Assembly: GCF_009834535.1 (NCBI RefSeq)
Contig: NC_045696.1
Span: 118,856,001 to 118,920,000, forward strand
DNA length: 64,000 bases
Direction: 5' to 3'
Origin: Camelus ferus
Taxonomy: Eukaryota
Below, in pieces: positions 49,606 to 62,574 of the stretch. The translations under genes and the position numbers were made by a program. Each line of letters begins with the position of its first letter. Position 1 is the stretch's first letter. Under the pieces are notes generated by a model. It searched no databases and had not been told where the DNA came from. It worked only from the letters and a program-made list of their open reading frames with translations.

Positions 49606-50959
49606 CCGAGTATCCACAGGGATGCGGGGGGAAAGAGCGTCCTAGGAGAGTGTTGGAGTGCTACTGCAGCTCGGGGCTCCCCTCTGAGCCCTGGTGATCG
49701 TCCAGGGCCACCAGCACTAGCTCACGTCCAACTGACCCCAGCAACCGTTTGCCCCTCAGGAACTAATTGAGTGTGTAACTTCATGGGAAGGCGAGGGCGT
49801 ACAAATTTTCCAAAATGTTGGCTCTTCTCACTATTTAAAAGCCTCACACAGGATTTGAGTCAGTACCCGGTAAATAGTAGACGCTAAGATGAATGTCGAG
49901 CTCTATGGATGCTCTCAGGAGCGAATTCAGTCCTGCCTGGATGTTCATTTTCCCGCTAAAATCCACTATTGTTATGGATTTTCAAAATGTATCCTTTTAA
50001 TGGGGATCTCATGGGTAAAAAGAGTGGGTTTGTGGGCTTAGTGTTAAAAATAAAACATGATCTTTATTATTCTAACCATCTTTCTCCCCGTTTTATTTCT
50101 AGATCCAACAGACCAGTTTCCCACTTGCAAGAAAGAGAGTGGAGTCAAGTGGGCAGAAAACAGAGATGAAGGGAGCAAATAAAGCCAGGATCATTTAAGA
50201 GGAAGCTCATCTCTTCCGAACAGCGGCCAAATCCTCTTCCCTGCTGAATGAAGACATCGCGTGTTTGCCTCTAACCACTGGAAGAGTTATGGGAGAAGGT
50301 CCAGACCCATTTATTACCACGTGACTGGTTTCCATTATTATCAGGAGGGGCTTTGGTCCAACTACAAGGAGTGCCTTCCGGAAATTATAAAATCCGCCAC
50401 CCAGCTACTATCATGATTTCAACTGCAATGAGAATATTTGAAAAAGCATAAACTGTCTCACTCAGTAAGGAGACAACAGCAAGGAGAATTAAACTTGGGG
50501 AGCAATGGTCAACTTCCAACTATTGCCATCCAACATGGTCTAACACTGTGGTGTGTGTTGTGAAGCTGTGAAAAATGGGGCGGGGGAGGGGAGCCTAATG
50601 GGTTAGAGTCAAAATACTTGCTGCAGCAGAAGATAAATCTCATTGGCTTAACTCCACAAAGGTTTGTTTCCTGCCCTTGCAAAGTCTCATGCAGCTTAGG
50701 TGGTCCTATTCCACCTTGCAAGCTATGATGTCTGGAGCCTGTGGAATTCAGGAGGAGAACAGAGTAATAGAAGACACACTCCAGCTACGATCTGCTCACT
50801 TTTCACCAGCCAACAGCAGTCCTATGACCACAGCTGACTGCAAGGCAGGCTGGGAAATGTGGGGGAAGGCACAGACGTTGGGTGGTCACCTACTGTCTTT
50901 GCCACCCAGAGAAACCACTGGGGACGAGATGATTGAAGACAACTGCTCCTTCATCCATG

Positions 50960-51522
50960 TGAGGCGGGAAGCCCCATAAAAAGACCGCCAGGAACCCTAG
51001 GCAGGGCCACTGCTCTCCTCCCAGCACCCTCCGGTTCCCTGGCCCAGAGGCACTATCTCACTTTTTGCCTCTAAAGCGGCTAACTTACACCTAGAATTCT
51101 ATTGATTCCCTGAGCTCACTTCTGATTGGTTATTTCCTTCACTCCTGATTGGTTATTACTCTCACTTCTGATTGGTTATTACTCTCACTTCTGATTGGTC
51201 CACTTCCCTAACTTCTGATTGGTCCATTTGTAGTACTTCATTTGCATGGAGCTCACTCCTGATTGGTCTATTTCTACAAAGCTTGTTCCTGGTTGGTCAA
51301 CTTCTGTTATACTTTATTTGCATACGATGTTGCAAAGTGTAAAACTGGCAGCCTATAAAAGGCCTGTGTAAACCGACAGATGGGGTCCAGAGCTTGAAGT
51401 GTTAACCCTTATAGGCCTGCTGGTGTAATAAACCTGAGTTGTCCAACTCTCCGAGTGCTGCTTGGTTTCTCGCCGGGATCCAGGTTGCTGTCACAACTGA
51501 GCTGTAACACACAGCTGTGACA
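50960..51522 (+). mobile_element. ERV1-type solo LTR with CCAAT tandem array
   Basis: TG...CA termini with imperfect 4-bp TSD catg/catt. U3 has 6 x CTGATTGGT, TATAAAA 51354, AATAAA 51427. Confidence 0.85.
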
Positions 51523-52189
51523 CATTTTTCTGCAACACATGCCCTCAGTGAATATTCCTGGAGGCCCTGTTTTGTGTCTGACCCTGTTCTGGATGCCAGG
51601 CAGACAGCAGAGAACACAATGGCTATGGCTCTGACCACCAGGACGTTTCTAGTGTACCGAGGGAGACAGACATCACACACACGCTTGTGCAATTAATTAA
51701 CTTTCTGTGGATGTGGAAAGTGAAATTCAAAGCAAGTAGCTATTTATACTCTGGGTGAGGGGTCATTTGTCCACACTTTCCCCAGGCAATTCTGCTTGTA
51801 AATGGTCTGTGCGGTTTTCAGACCGTGGGTCATCGCCCCTTACTTATACGAGAGAAAGTGAGGCATAAAATAGAGATGCAAAGGCACCTCACCTGGACCG
51901 TATCTAGGGCATCCCCCGACCTTGCCGCTTCCTTTCCCCTCCACTCCTTCATCACATGGTAGCCAGAATGACCTTGAGAAAATGGAAGTCAGAGCATGTT
52001 ACCTGTTCAGAGAACCATGTGGTTCACTCCCTTGCTTCCTGAAGGTCTTGGCTAAAATAAATGTCACTCTGTTACAGACGCCTCCAGGATACACCCCTCC
52101 ATGAAATCACCCCCTCTTCTCCACCCTTGTCACTGCTTTTTTTTTTTCTTCCAAGATTCTGGCACTTTCTTCAAATTTTGATGCTAACA

Positions 52190-52300
52190 CTGTCCCTCTC
52201 CTCTTCCTTCCTCTCCTTTCTTCCTTCCTCTCCTTTCTTCCTTCTCCTTTCCTCCTTTCTCATCTTTGTTCCTTCCTTCCTTTCTTTCCCTCTTTCTCTT
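52190..52300. repeat. CT-rich low-complexity tract at L1 tail
   Basis: Seen directly. Confidence 0.85.
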
Positions 52301-53142
52301 CGTAATGGCTTTATTGACGTCTAATTCACATACCATACAATTCACCCGTTTAAACTGCACAAGTCAATGGTTTTTCAGTACCTTCACAGACTCGTGCGAC
52401 CATCACCACAATCAATGACAGAACATTTCATCACCTCAGAAAGGAAACCTGTCCCCTTCAACAACCACTCTCAAATCCTCTCCATTCACTCTGGCCCTAA
52501 TCCCAGCCCTAAGCAACTACTAACTTGCTTTCTATCTCTATATATTTGCTTATTCTTGACATTTCATAGGAGCAAAATCATATAAGCTGTGGCTTTTGTT
52601 ACTGGCTAATTTCACTGAGCATAATGTCCTCAAGGCTTCTCCATGTCTCAACACTTCATTCCTTTTTATGCCTGAATAAATATTCCATTGTCTAAATATA
52701 TTACACTTTGTTTATCCATTCATCAATTGATGGGTGATTGGGTTGCTTCCCTCATTTGGCTATTATGAGAAATACGGCTATGAACATTTCTGTGTAGGTT
52801 TCTGTGTGGATGTGTTTTCATTTCTCCCAGGTATATACCTAGGAATGGAATTGCTGGTCAATGGAACTCTGTTTGAGAAACTGACAGGCTGTGTGTCAAA
52901 GTGCTGAACCTGCTCACATTCCCACCAGGGATGTAGGAAGTGTCCGATTTTCCTACAGCTTTGTCAACACTTACTATTATCTGACTTTTTGATGACAGCC
53001 ATCCCGATGGGTGTGAAGTGGTATATCTTTGTGGTTTTGATTTGCATTTCCCTGACGGCTTGGCCTCCTTTCTAGTGCTTTTTGTCCATTTGTGCATTTT
53101 TCTTTTTGTGGGGAGAAATGCCTATTCAGATCCTTTATTCAT

Positions 53143-53235
53143 ATTTTTAAAAAATTGAAGTATAGTGGATTTATAATGTTGTATTAGTTTCTGGTGTACA
53201 GCATAGCGATTCAGTTATACCTATATATATTCTTC
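53143..53235 (-). mobile_element. Young L1 extreme 3' tail nested in L1MB
   Basis: aattgaagtatagtggatttataatgttgtattagtttctggtgtacagcatag. Confidence 0.8.
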
Positions 53236-53264
53236 TCCATCATTTAACTGGGTTGTTTGTCTTC

Positions 53265-53410
53265 TTGTTGTTGTTTGTTTGTTTGTTTGTTTGTTTTGGA
53301 GGGGGAGGTAATTGGGTTTTGCTTATTTATTTAGAGGAGGATCTGGGGATTGAACCCAGGACCTCGTGTATGCTGAGCATGTGCTCTACCCCTGAGCTCT
53401 AGCCTCCCCC
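53265..53410 (-). mobile_element. Vic-1-type SINE nested in L1MB, (TTTG)n tail
   Basis: ggggattgaacccaggacctc...ctgagctc. Confidence 0.9.
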
Positions 53411-55769
53411 TCATTTGTTATTCAGTTGTAAGAGTCCTTTATAGATTCTAGATGTAAGTCCCTTATCAGATATTTGATCTTTAATATTTTCTCCCATTAG
53501 GTGAGTGTCTTGTCACTTTCTTGATGGTGTCCTTTGGAGTCTAAAAGTTCTTAATTTTAATGAAGTACAATTTATGTATTTTTTCTTTTGTTGCTTGCGT
53601 TTTTGGTGTCCTGTCTAAGAATTCAATGCCAAATCCGAGATCAAGAAGATTGACCCCTATGTTTTCTTCTAAGAGTTTTAACATTTGGGCTTTACCTTCA
53701 GATCTTTGCTCCTATTTTGAGTTAATTTTTGTCTATGGTGGGAGGCAAAGATTCAAATTCATTCTCTCGCATTTGGCTATCCAACTGACCTTTAAGTTCA
53801 TCCTAAGCCAGTACCACACTGTTTTGATTACTGTTGCTTTATAGTAAGTTTTGAAATTGAAAAGTGAGTCCTCCAACTTTGTTCTTCTTTCTCAAGATGA
53901 TTTTGACTATTCAGGGCTCATGTAATTCCGTATGAATTTTAGGATCAGCTAGCACATTTCTACAAAGAAGCCAATTAGGATTCTGCTAGGGATTGCATTG
54001 AGTTCATAGATAAATTTGGGGAGTACTGCCATCTGAACAATGTTGCCTTCCAATCCATGAACATGAGATGTCTCTCCATTTATTTAGATCTTCCTTCATT
54101 TCTTTCAACATTTTACAATTTCTAGAGTATACATATTGAAATTCTTTTGTTAAATTTACTCCTAAGTATTCTATTGTGTTTGTACCTGATGCTATTGTCA
54201 ATGGAATCGTTTTCTTAATTTCTTTTTCAGGTTGTTCATTGCAACTGTATACAAATACCATTGATTTTGGCGTATCTTGGATCCTGTGACCTTGCTAAAT
54301 TCCTTTACTAGTCCTTATCATGTTTTAGTGGATTCTTTAGGATTTTTATGTACAAGATCTGTCTTCCGCAAATGGTTTTATTTCTTTCCAATATGGTGTC
54401 TTTTATTTCATTTTCTATTCCTGTTATTCTTGACTTTTCTTACCTCTATGATTTTGCATTGGGCTTACCACTACCAAATGTACTGGATGTTTATCTATTG
54501 ATAACTGCCCTTACTGGTATATAAGCTCCTAGAAAGCAGGTGACTTCTCTTTTCTGTGCACTGCCTTCCCAGGTTTTCTAGAACAGAGCCTGGCCCATAG
54601 TACGTGCTCAATAAATATTTACATTCTCCATTAGGTTTCAGGGGAACCCTCCAAGGGGACATCCTCCTGATCTCAGTCTGCTCTCAAGACGTGGGAAGCA
54701 GTTCAGAGCATACAGGGCTTATGTAGCAGGATGCATACCTTTTCGAGAATCAGTACAAGGCATTGCAAAAACACACCAACCACAAAATGCTGACTATTCA
54801 CAGCCAATCAATTTGCATCTCAGGCTCCAAGATGGGGGTCTACAAGATTCTTTACTGCTTCCCTGACCTTAGTAACTGTGTCTATTACCATTACCTGACA
54901 ACCTAAGGTAGAGGGACCTCTTGTGGCCACAAAGCAGTGGCAGGTGCTAAGGAATCTTTTGAATATTATTCCGTGGTAAGAGTCTCGAGTATGAAGACTC
55001 ATTCAAGAGTTGCTACAGCCACTCCACTGGACAGATGCCACCTGCACAAAGACCTGTCCACATGCCCTCATCATATCTCCTGCCAACAACCCCTCTCTGG
55101 CCAGCATTTCTGCTGCATCACTCAAACCATCTTTTATTAGGATTAACAAAAGTTCACTAATCAGAGCCATGAAGAGTGACAGGAGAAGGTTTCTGTAAAA
55201 CTGAGAAAAGGAAGAGCAAGTCTAGAGCAAAGAGTGAGTGGTTTGTGCTCCACGACAAGGTCTCCAGAACCCAGGCAGGAAACCAGCGGCGACCCAGGGA
55301 AACGGGCTGTTGATGACAGTGCATCTCTCCTCTCCTACTGCCCCCAAGTCAGAGCCACGGAGGGAGAATGTGTTACGGGGATTCTTTTGACTCCACTTCA
55401 TTTATGAAAAGAAAACAAGCCCATTTCAGGTAACCTGGCAAAGTCAAGATTATGAGGCAAAGTACAGGAGACATTTGCAGACATTTAAAGCATGTAAAGA
55501 ATTGTTCTCTTGAGAGGTCGTCCCTGGGCTCTGGCTTTATTTGACCCAGGGTAAGTTCAGGAAAGGCAAGTGCAATTTCCATGACACATGTCAGGGGAAA
55601 TAAGCGCAATCCAAAGTATTCTTAAGGAGATGGAGGAGAGCAAGAATTGGTTGGCTGCACATGGGTAGTTTTTGTATGTTGACAAGTTTTGTCAATTTTC
55701 CCCATACTTTGGCAATTGAATGATAGAATAAAATGTTGGGATTTTTAAATTTACTACTCCTTTATTTGT

Positions 55770-56900
55770 TAAAAAAATTTTATTGAAGTATAATCAGTTT
55801 ACAATGTTCTGTCTGTCAATTTCACAGCACAGTGTTTCAGTCATACATACACACATATATATATTCCTTTTCATATTCTTTTTCATTATAGGTTACTACA
55901 AGATACTGAATATAGTTCCCTGTGCTATACTAAAGAAACTCGTAATCTATTTTATATATAGTAATTAGTATTTGGAAATCTTAAACTCCCAATTTATCCT
56001 TTCCCACCCTCTTTCCCTCCTCGTAACCATAAGTTTGTTTTCCATGTCTGTGAGTCTGTTCCTGTTTTGTAAATAAGTTCATTTGTGTTTTTTTGGTTTC
56101 CACATATAAGTGATATCACATGGTATTTCTCTTTCTGGCTTGCTTCATTTGGAATGACAATCTCCAGGTCCATCCATGTTGCTACAAATGGCATTATTTT
56201 ATTCTTTTTTATGGCTGAGTAGTATTCCATTGTATAAATATACCACAACTTCTTACCACAATACAGTCATCTTTCAATGGACATTTAGGATGTTTCCATG
56301 TGTTGACTGTTGTAAATAGTGCTGCTATGAACATTGGGGTGCATGTGTCTTTTTTGAATTAAAGTTCCTCCAGATATATGCCCAGGAGTAGGATTGCTGG
56401 GTCATATGGTTAAGTCCATTTTTAGTTTTTTGAGGAAATCTCCATATTGTTTCCATAATGGGTGCACCAAACTGCATTCCCATCAGCAGTGTAGGAGGGT
56501 TACTTTTCTCCACATCCTCTCCAGCATTTATCCTTTGTGGACTTTTGAATGATGGCCATTCTGATTGGTGTGAGGTGATACCTCATTGTAGTTTTGATTT
56601 ACATTTCTCTGATAATTAGAAATATTGCGCATTTTTTCATGTGCCTATCGGCCATTTCTATGTCTTCACTGGAGAATTGCTTGTTTAGGTCTTCTGCCCA
56701 TTTTTGGATTGGGTTGTTTGTTGTTTTGTTATTAAGTTGTATGAGCTGTTTGTATATTCTGGAAATTAAGCCCTTGTAAGTCACATCATGTGCAAATATT
56801 TCCTCCCAACCCGTAGGTTGTCTTTTCATTTTGTTTATGGTTTCCTTGGCTGTGCAAAAGCTTATGAATTTAACTGGGTCCCATTTGTTTCTTTTTGCTT
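55770..56900 (-). mobile_element. Young L1, about 1.1 kb, 5'-truncated
   Basis: ORFs [12 protein letters not shown]...[12 protein letters not shown] and WYIYTMEYYSAIKKNKIMPFVATWMDLE. Possible TSD gatttttaaat at 55740 and 56906. Confidence 0.95.
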
Positions 56901-56999
56901 CTATAGATTTTTAAATCTTAAATTTGAAAATATCTTGTAAGCTATCATGTTTAAACTGTCTGGCTCAAAGTTCATAGTTAAGAGAAGGACCTAGAATAC

Positions 57000-57220
57000 T
57001 AACTAATGCATGGAGTGCTTGACCTGCCCCAGGTACCGTGCATTTAGTTCTCCAGTAACCCCCAGGGGCAGCTATGATTATGAACCTGTTTTCCAGATGA
57101 ACACACTGAGGCGAGTGATGTTATGAGCAAGTTGCCCGAGGCTTTACAGTCTATCTGGCAGGGCCTCAATTTGGACTTAATCGTCTAATTTCAGAGTTCA
57201 GACACGGCTGCAGTGTATCT
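57000..57220 (-). mobile_element. MIR
   Basis: ttttccagatgaacacactgaggc...gttgcccgagg. Confidence 0.6.
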
Positions 57221-57494
57221 TCTATGCCATTATAGTTTATGATAAGTATTCTACTGGATCTAAAAACCCTTAGTACACAACCTGCCGTGTTTTCGGCTAG
57301 GAAAGTGTCAACCAGACAAAGATGCCAGTTTGTGGGCTACTGAGAATCCACCCACAAGATACTTGCGTAGATAAGCCAAACACAAATATGTGTATATATA
57401 TATAACAAATATGTTCACGATAGGATTTCTTTCTTTTTGGTAATAGCCAAACTCTCCAGAGTACTTAAATATCCATTAATAAAGAATTAATATT

Positions 57495-57620
57495 CAATAG
57501 CTTATAATAGCCTATAATGAAAAAGAGTCTAAAAAATAATATATGTATAACTGAATCACTATGCTGTACACCAGAAACTAACACAACGTTGTAAATCAGC
57601 TATATTCTGCTTAAAAAAAG
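57495..57620 (+). mobile_element. Young L1 3' tail
   Basis: tgtataactgaatcactatgctgtacaccagaaactaacacaacgttgtaaatc. Confidence 0.88.
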
Positions 57621-57941
57621 AATTAGTTAAGTAAATTATCCATAAGAATGGAATATTTGGCAACCATAAAAAGAACAAGCAAGACTGATCCACGCTGATG
57701 TGGCAACTTTAAAAGATGTGAAAAAATGTGTTTGTATTAATAACAAAGAATGTGCATCTAATTTTCTGTAAGGACATAGAAAAATATAACTGTGGTTAAC
57801 ACTGGGGTTAAGATAAAAGAGAAAACAACATGAATATACTTAACACTATTGAACACTATTGAACTAACTACACTTAAAAGTGGTTGAGATGATAAATTTT
57901 ATGTTATGTGTATTTTACCACACTGAAAATTTAAAAATTAA

Positions 57942-58040
57942 CGGGGGAAGATGTAGCTCAGTGGTAGAGCACATGTTTAGCACGTGTGAGGTCCTGAGTT
58001 CAATCCCTAGTACCTCCATTAAAAAGAAAGAAATAAAAAT
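57942..58040 (+). mobile_element. Vic-1-type SINE, short form, inserted at an old L1 tail
   Basis: tgtagctcagtggtagagcac...gagttcaatccctagtacctcca plus A-rich tail. Confidence 0.9.
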
Positions 58041-59099
58041 CTGAAAATTAGATAACCGAAAACAGACATTTACTTCACTTTTCATATCATTCCACTCTTT
58101 GATATCTGTACGTATTAATTTTATTTTCATAATTAGTCCAGTAAAAATTAAAGGAAATACATAAAGGAAAGTTGTGAGTAGTCAGAGGGACAAAAAAAAT
58201 CACTTAACATCTGCACCCAGATGTATTTTTATTAATGTCTCATCATCCGAAGAGCTCTGAGAGCCAAGAGAACTTAAATTTATGTGCGATTTCAAGCGAC
58301 GATATGGTCATCGTCAAAGTTCTGAAATAAACAGCCCCACTCCCTGAGAACTTCACGTCCCATCAAGAGCAGAGGGTCTCACTGAACATGGTCGGTGTAA
58401 AACAACGTCAGACACCACACCCACCTGACACACTTTCCTGGAATTTATTTCAGATTGTCTTGTTTGGAAGGACAGGTAGTTCTCCTCTGTAATTTCAGAC
58501 TGTCCCTCCGAGAACACATTAGCCCGTGTCCTCCCTTTTCTTTAGTAGGCAGTTTTCTTCATAACCTTATATGGCTTTGGTTTTGTCTCTGCCCATGCCT
58601 TCAAAACATGAACCAGAATATAAAAATGCACGGGAAGCGTGCAGAACGTTGTCAATTACATGTGTCAAGGTGAAAGATAAAACATTAACTGCTAGCGTTT
58701 AAAGATTGGAATCATTTACAGGAAGTCGCGATTTCCAGCTTCTCTTGAACGATTGGAAGAGACAGCCTTGCCCTGCCGGGTCCCGCAGGCAGCCACGGGC
58801 TGGAGGTGAGAGACATCAGGAAACAGTCTCTCACAGAGGACATCACCCTCTGTGTTAGTTTTACTTTGATCAACCCTATCTTTAAATGAAAATATTGACT
58901 GAGCCTCAATCTGTAAGACTTCATCCCTGCCTCATAGACTTAAAGATCCTGTGAATGAAGGAGTCTCAACTTCTGGAGAAGACTTTGGAAATCATCTGGT
59001 TTCCAGTCCCTGCAAGAGTCAGAAGATGCGTAAACAGAGACATTGGCCAGTCTTTTGGGGGGGGAGGGTGGAATGGGGAAAACTGTGCACCCCATCTAA

Positions 59100-59305
59100 A
59101 GAGTGTGCTGTCTCAACTCCAGCCTGTGGTTGCCCACGGGACCCAGCAGGGCAAGGATGTCTCTTATAACTGTTCAAGGGAAGCTGGAAATCTAGCCTTT
59201 ATGTAAATGATCCCAATCTTTAAACATTGGCAATTAATTCAAAACAATTTGAAAGTGAGGGCCAAACAAAACATGTCTCTTGGCTGAACTGACTGGTGAC
59301 CTCAG
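59100..59305. mobile_element. MER103-like hAT-Charlie
   Basis: ggaaatctagccttttatgt...ttggcaattaattcaaa...gggccaaacaaaacatgtct. Confidence 0.7.
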
Positions 59306-59885
59306 ATGGAATCCAGCTCTCTTCATTTTACGGAAGAGGCCCAGAGGGAAGGCAAGTCGCTAGGGCTGATTTGGGGAAGCAGCCGGGACCAGATACAGTG
59401 TTCCTCCCAATCCTATCCTCTTTCCTCAACTTTTCAGTTCTGCTCACAGCAGCAGACTAATTTTAGACAAGCATGTGACAAGTCCCCAGTCCAGCGCACA
59501 TGTCAGGAAGCCTTCAGCCCGATGGGCTGGACCTTAACCACAGACAGAAGACCCAACTGACAAACTGCACCCTCTCCCCACTTAATTCCAGCTTGAGTCT
59601 AGCTCTCAATCTTTTGGGGTGGATATGGGGAAGAAAAGGAGAGGTGGAAATCTTATCCTAAGACAGTCTGTGGGCGGAATGGGAAAGTCTGCCTTTTCCG
59701 GTAGCAATGTTTTAAAATTACTAATTGTAAATGTGGCATTGCTTGGGAAGATCTTTTACTCAGCTTCCCAGAAAGCAGACACAGGGTCTCCATCCCTTGC
59801 ACCGTGGCCACTTCACAGTATCAGGCTTTGCCAAGAGCTCATGTTTCCCGTGTCACAGGAGGAAATGAACCTGTTGGCGACAAAC

Positions 59886-60090
59886 CTGGACTCTGGAGCC
59901 AGATGGCCCAGGTTCAAATCTCCATCCTGGAAATTACCAGCCATATGATCATGGACAAAGCAGGGGATGTCTCTGTGCCTCTATCCCCTCATCTGTAAAA
60001 TGGGGACAAAATCTGCACTTCACTCATAAAACAGATGCAAGGATTCAACGTGTCCATATGCACACAGCACACGGCAGGCACCAGGTATGT
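59886..60090 (+). mobile_element. MIR
   Basis: ggactctggagccagatggcccaggttcaaatc...ctctgtgcctc...catctgtaaaatgggga. Confidence 0.85.
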
Positions 60091-60245
60091 CAGCTGCACT
60101 GTGGAAGCACCTAGGGAGCTTTCCAAAAATACTGATGCTTAGGTTTCACCCCAGGGATTCTGTTTGAAGGTCTGAGGTGTGCCTGGGCATCAGAGCTTGT
60201 CAAATCACCCCAGGTGATTCCAAAGTGCAGCTAAGACGGAGCACC
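60090..60245. mobile_element. MER5-type hAT-Charlie MITE
   Basis: cacctagggagcttt...aaaatactgatgc...ctgggcatcag...ccccaggtgattcc. Confidence 0.75.
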
Positions 60246-60292
60246 TTCAATATAAGTGCTTATTAAGTAAAGGATGGTCTGCTCGGTGGTCA

Positions 60293-60294
60293 CT

Positions 60295-60329
<35 letters not shown>

Positions 60330-60373
60330 CTTACTTATTTATTTATTTACTTATTTATTTATTTATTTATTTT
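60293..60373. repeat. (TTTA)n microsatellite
   Basis: Seen directly. Confidence 0.95.
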
Positions 60374-60507
60374 TGGCTTAAAATAATAGAAATTTATTGT
60401 CTTACAGTTCTGGAGGCTAGAAGTCCAAGATCAAGTGTCAGCAGACCATGCTCCCTCTGAAACCTACAGAGAAGAACCCTTCCCTGCCTAATCCTAGTGA
60501 CGGTGGT
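60374..60507 (-). mobile_element. MLT1-type MaLR LTR fragment
   Basis: ggcttaaaataatagaaatttattgtcttacagttctggaggctagaagtccaagatcaag. Confidence 0.85.
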
Positions 60508-60622
60508 GGTAATTAGGTTAATTTACTTATTTGTCTGTTTAATGGAGGTACTGGGGATTGAACCCAGGACCTCACGCACGCTAAGCACGTGCTCTACCAC
60601 TGACCTATAATCTCCCCTCCCC
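60508..60622 (-). mobile_element. Vic-1-type SINE joined directly to MLT1 fragment
   Basis: ggtaattagg...ggaggtactggggattgaacccaggacctc. Confidence 0.9.
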
Positions 60623-61183
60623 ATGATTGATTTTTAAAGCCACTAAAGTCCTCTCCTTCACTTAAGCACATGCTTTGTAATCTCTTTACGAAGCTCCCCA
60701 AGCAGTCATCTTTCAGTAGCATTCAGCGTGGAGGGCCACAAGGTCCTGGGCAGATCTCAGCAAAGAAGGTGAAATGCCTCTGGGAGCCCACCCATCTTCT
60801 CTGTGCTCCTTTCCCACCTCTGCCCCTGGCTTAAGGGCATTCAGGCAGTCCCTGGAGGTCCCGATCCTGCTGGGTGGTGGAAGATATACTGGTAAGAAGT
60901 CTTATGAGGGGAATAGGCACACATGCTTAAAAGAGGCATCTGTAAATCCAAGTCGTCTTCAGTGAGTGGAACAAGCCTGGGGAGGCATGAAGGGGGTGGA
61001 GGTGTATACAGGAGAGCTGGGAGCATGTCTTCTCCCATATCCCCAGACCTCACCAATTCCAATGACTCCGGCCAGTAGTGGGGCAGGGGCCTCTCACATG
61101 ACTCTCCGGCATCAAAAGGTGGCACCTCTGAAATCCATCCTATCTGAGATGCTGACAGATTGTCTCGGAAGTATTGCTGATAA

Positions 61184-61330
61184 GGGGGAGGGTATAGCTC
61201 AGTGGCAGAGCACGTGCTTAGCATGCACGATGAGGTCCTGGGGTCAATCCCCTGTACCTCCGTCAATAAATAAATAAACCTAATTACCTCCCTCCACCAA
61301 AAAACAGACAAAAATAAAATAAAGGAGATA
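61184..61330 (+). mobile_element. Vic-1-type SINE, long form
   Basis: TSD gaagtattgctgata at 61168-61182 and 61331-61345. Confidence 0.95.
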
Positions 61331-61964
61331 GAAGTATTGCTGATAGAGTGAACTATCATTAATTGAGTGAGTTACACCCTAAAAATGCAATGTGCTCTCA
61401 AATTAAATGGAATCATTGACTTCACTCCATCACTGTTACTTGCCCCAGTGTCTTTGGTGCTGCTGGTGATCAGAAACTCTAATGCCACTGGGTTGGGGTG
61501 GTGGGAGGCAGGGAATGTCTGCCCAGAAAGGGGAAATTTAGGAGGGAAGCTGTTAAACCAACTGAAACCTTGATGAGGGGGTGGCAGCATCTGTGGTTTG
61601 AAGCACAGATTAACCAAGTTCCTTTGCAAGGGTGTCTGGTGTTTTTTATAAGCCTCCAGGTTTTCCCTGGGCTCGGTATCTTATTAGTAAGCACTCTGTC
61701 GCACACATTTGTTCTCACGATAGAAAGTCGAATCTGAAGACTTCCGTGGTGATTCCAGAATCTGCCACTAGAAAAATGAGGAAGTCAGTGGACTAAGGGG
61801 AGATGCATTCTTTAGACGTCTCTAAATGAAGCGTCGTGAATGTCTCTGTACTCCAGCCACTGGACTGTGGGGCTTGGCCTGGAGAGGCCTAGGCCACCAG
61901 CCACTACAATCCCGTTATTCTGTCCTGGTTTGTCAAGATTTCTGGGATCTCCAGAAAGATAACA

Positions 61965-62190
61965 ACAATTATAATAGCTCATACTTGCCTGGTGCTGACT
62001 ATCCTAACCCTAAGCCCTCTCCATAAACGAACAGATCCAGTCCTGACAACAACAACAAAGAGGTAGGTACCTATTTGTCCAATGAGGAAACCGAGACACA
62101 GAAAGGTTAAGTGACATACCCCAAGTCACACAGCTAAGATGGGCAGAGCTTGGATTAGGATCCAGCCAGTCCAATGCCAGCTACACTGCC
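61965..62190 (-). mobile_element. MIR
   Basis: aatgaggaaaccgagacacagaaaggttaagtgac...gtcacacagcta. Confidence 0.8.
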
Positions 62191-62574
62191 TTCCCAGAGA
62201 GTGTGTAGCCTTGCCCAGCAAGGCCTTTATTAGATTATGTGGTCAGGGACATGGTTTCAAAGACCCCCTTCCTCTTTCTAAGCCCCTCACAAGGATGATT
62301 CCCCAACCACCTCCCTCAGCTCCTCCATAAGTGACACTGTCTAAGTTGTTTCCCAGGAGATCTCTCATCTACCCACATCCCCCTTCCTCCTTCTATGCTC
62401 CGGTCCTCCTCTCCTGTCTCAGAGAACTAGAGATTCCCCCCTCTCAAGCCAAACACTCTCTGGCTGTGCTTTAAATCACGTCCTCCATCGTTTCTTTTCA
62501 GAACAGCCACATTCCTCAGCTGTTTCTCCCCTTCCTCCCCTAATGCCCACAGAAGTACAAGCATCTCAAGAAGT

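Larger units (their letters stand above)
52301..54420 (-). mobile_element. L1MB-like element, 3' end to RT domain, with nested insertions
   Basis: ORF 54004-54261 EIKKTIPLTIAS...YLGVNLTKE...KEDLNKWRDISCSWIGR; 3' end ctttattgacgtctaattcacataccatacaattcacc. Confidence 0.92.

Noticed and set aside
50085..50300. Acceptor-like site at 50102 as coding exon
   Set aside because: Frames stop within about 100 nt; no recognisable peptide or good donor.
51115..51270. CRISPR-like array
   Set aside because: Head-to-tail 23-bp units without unique spacers, inside an LTR U3 in a mammalian genome; no cas genes.
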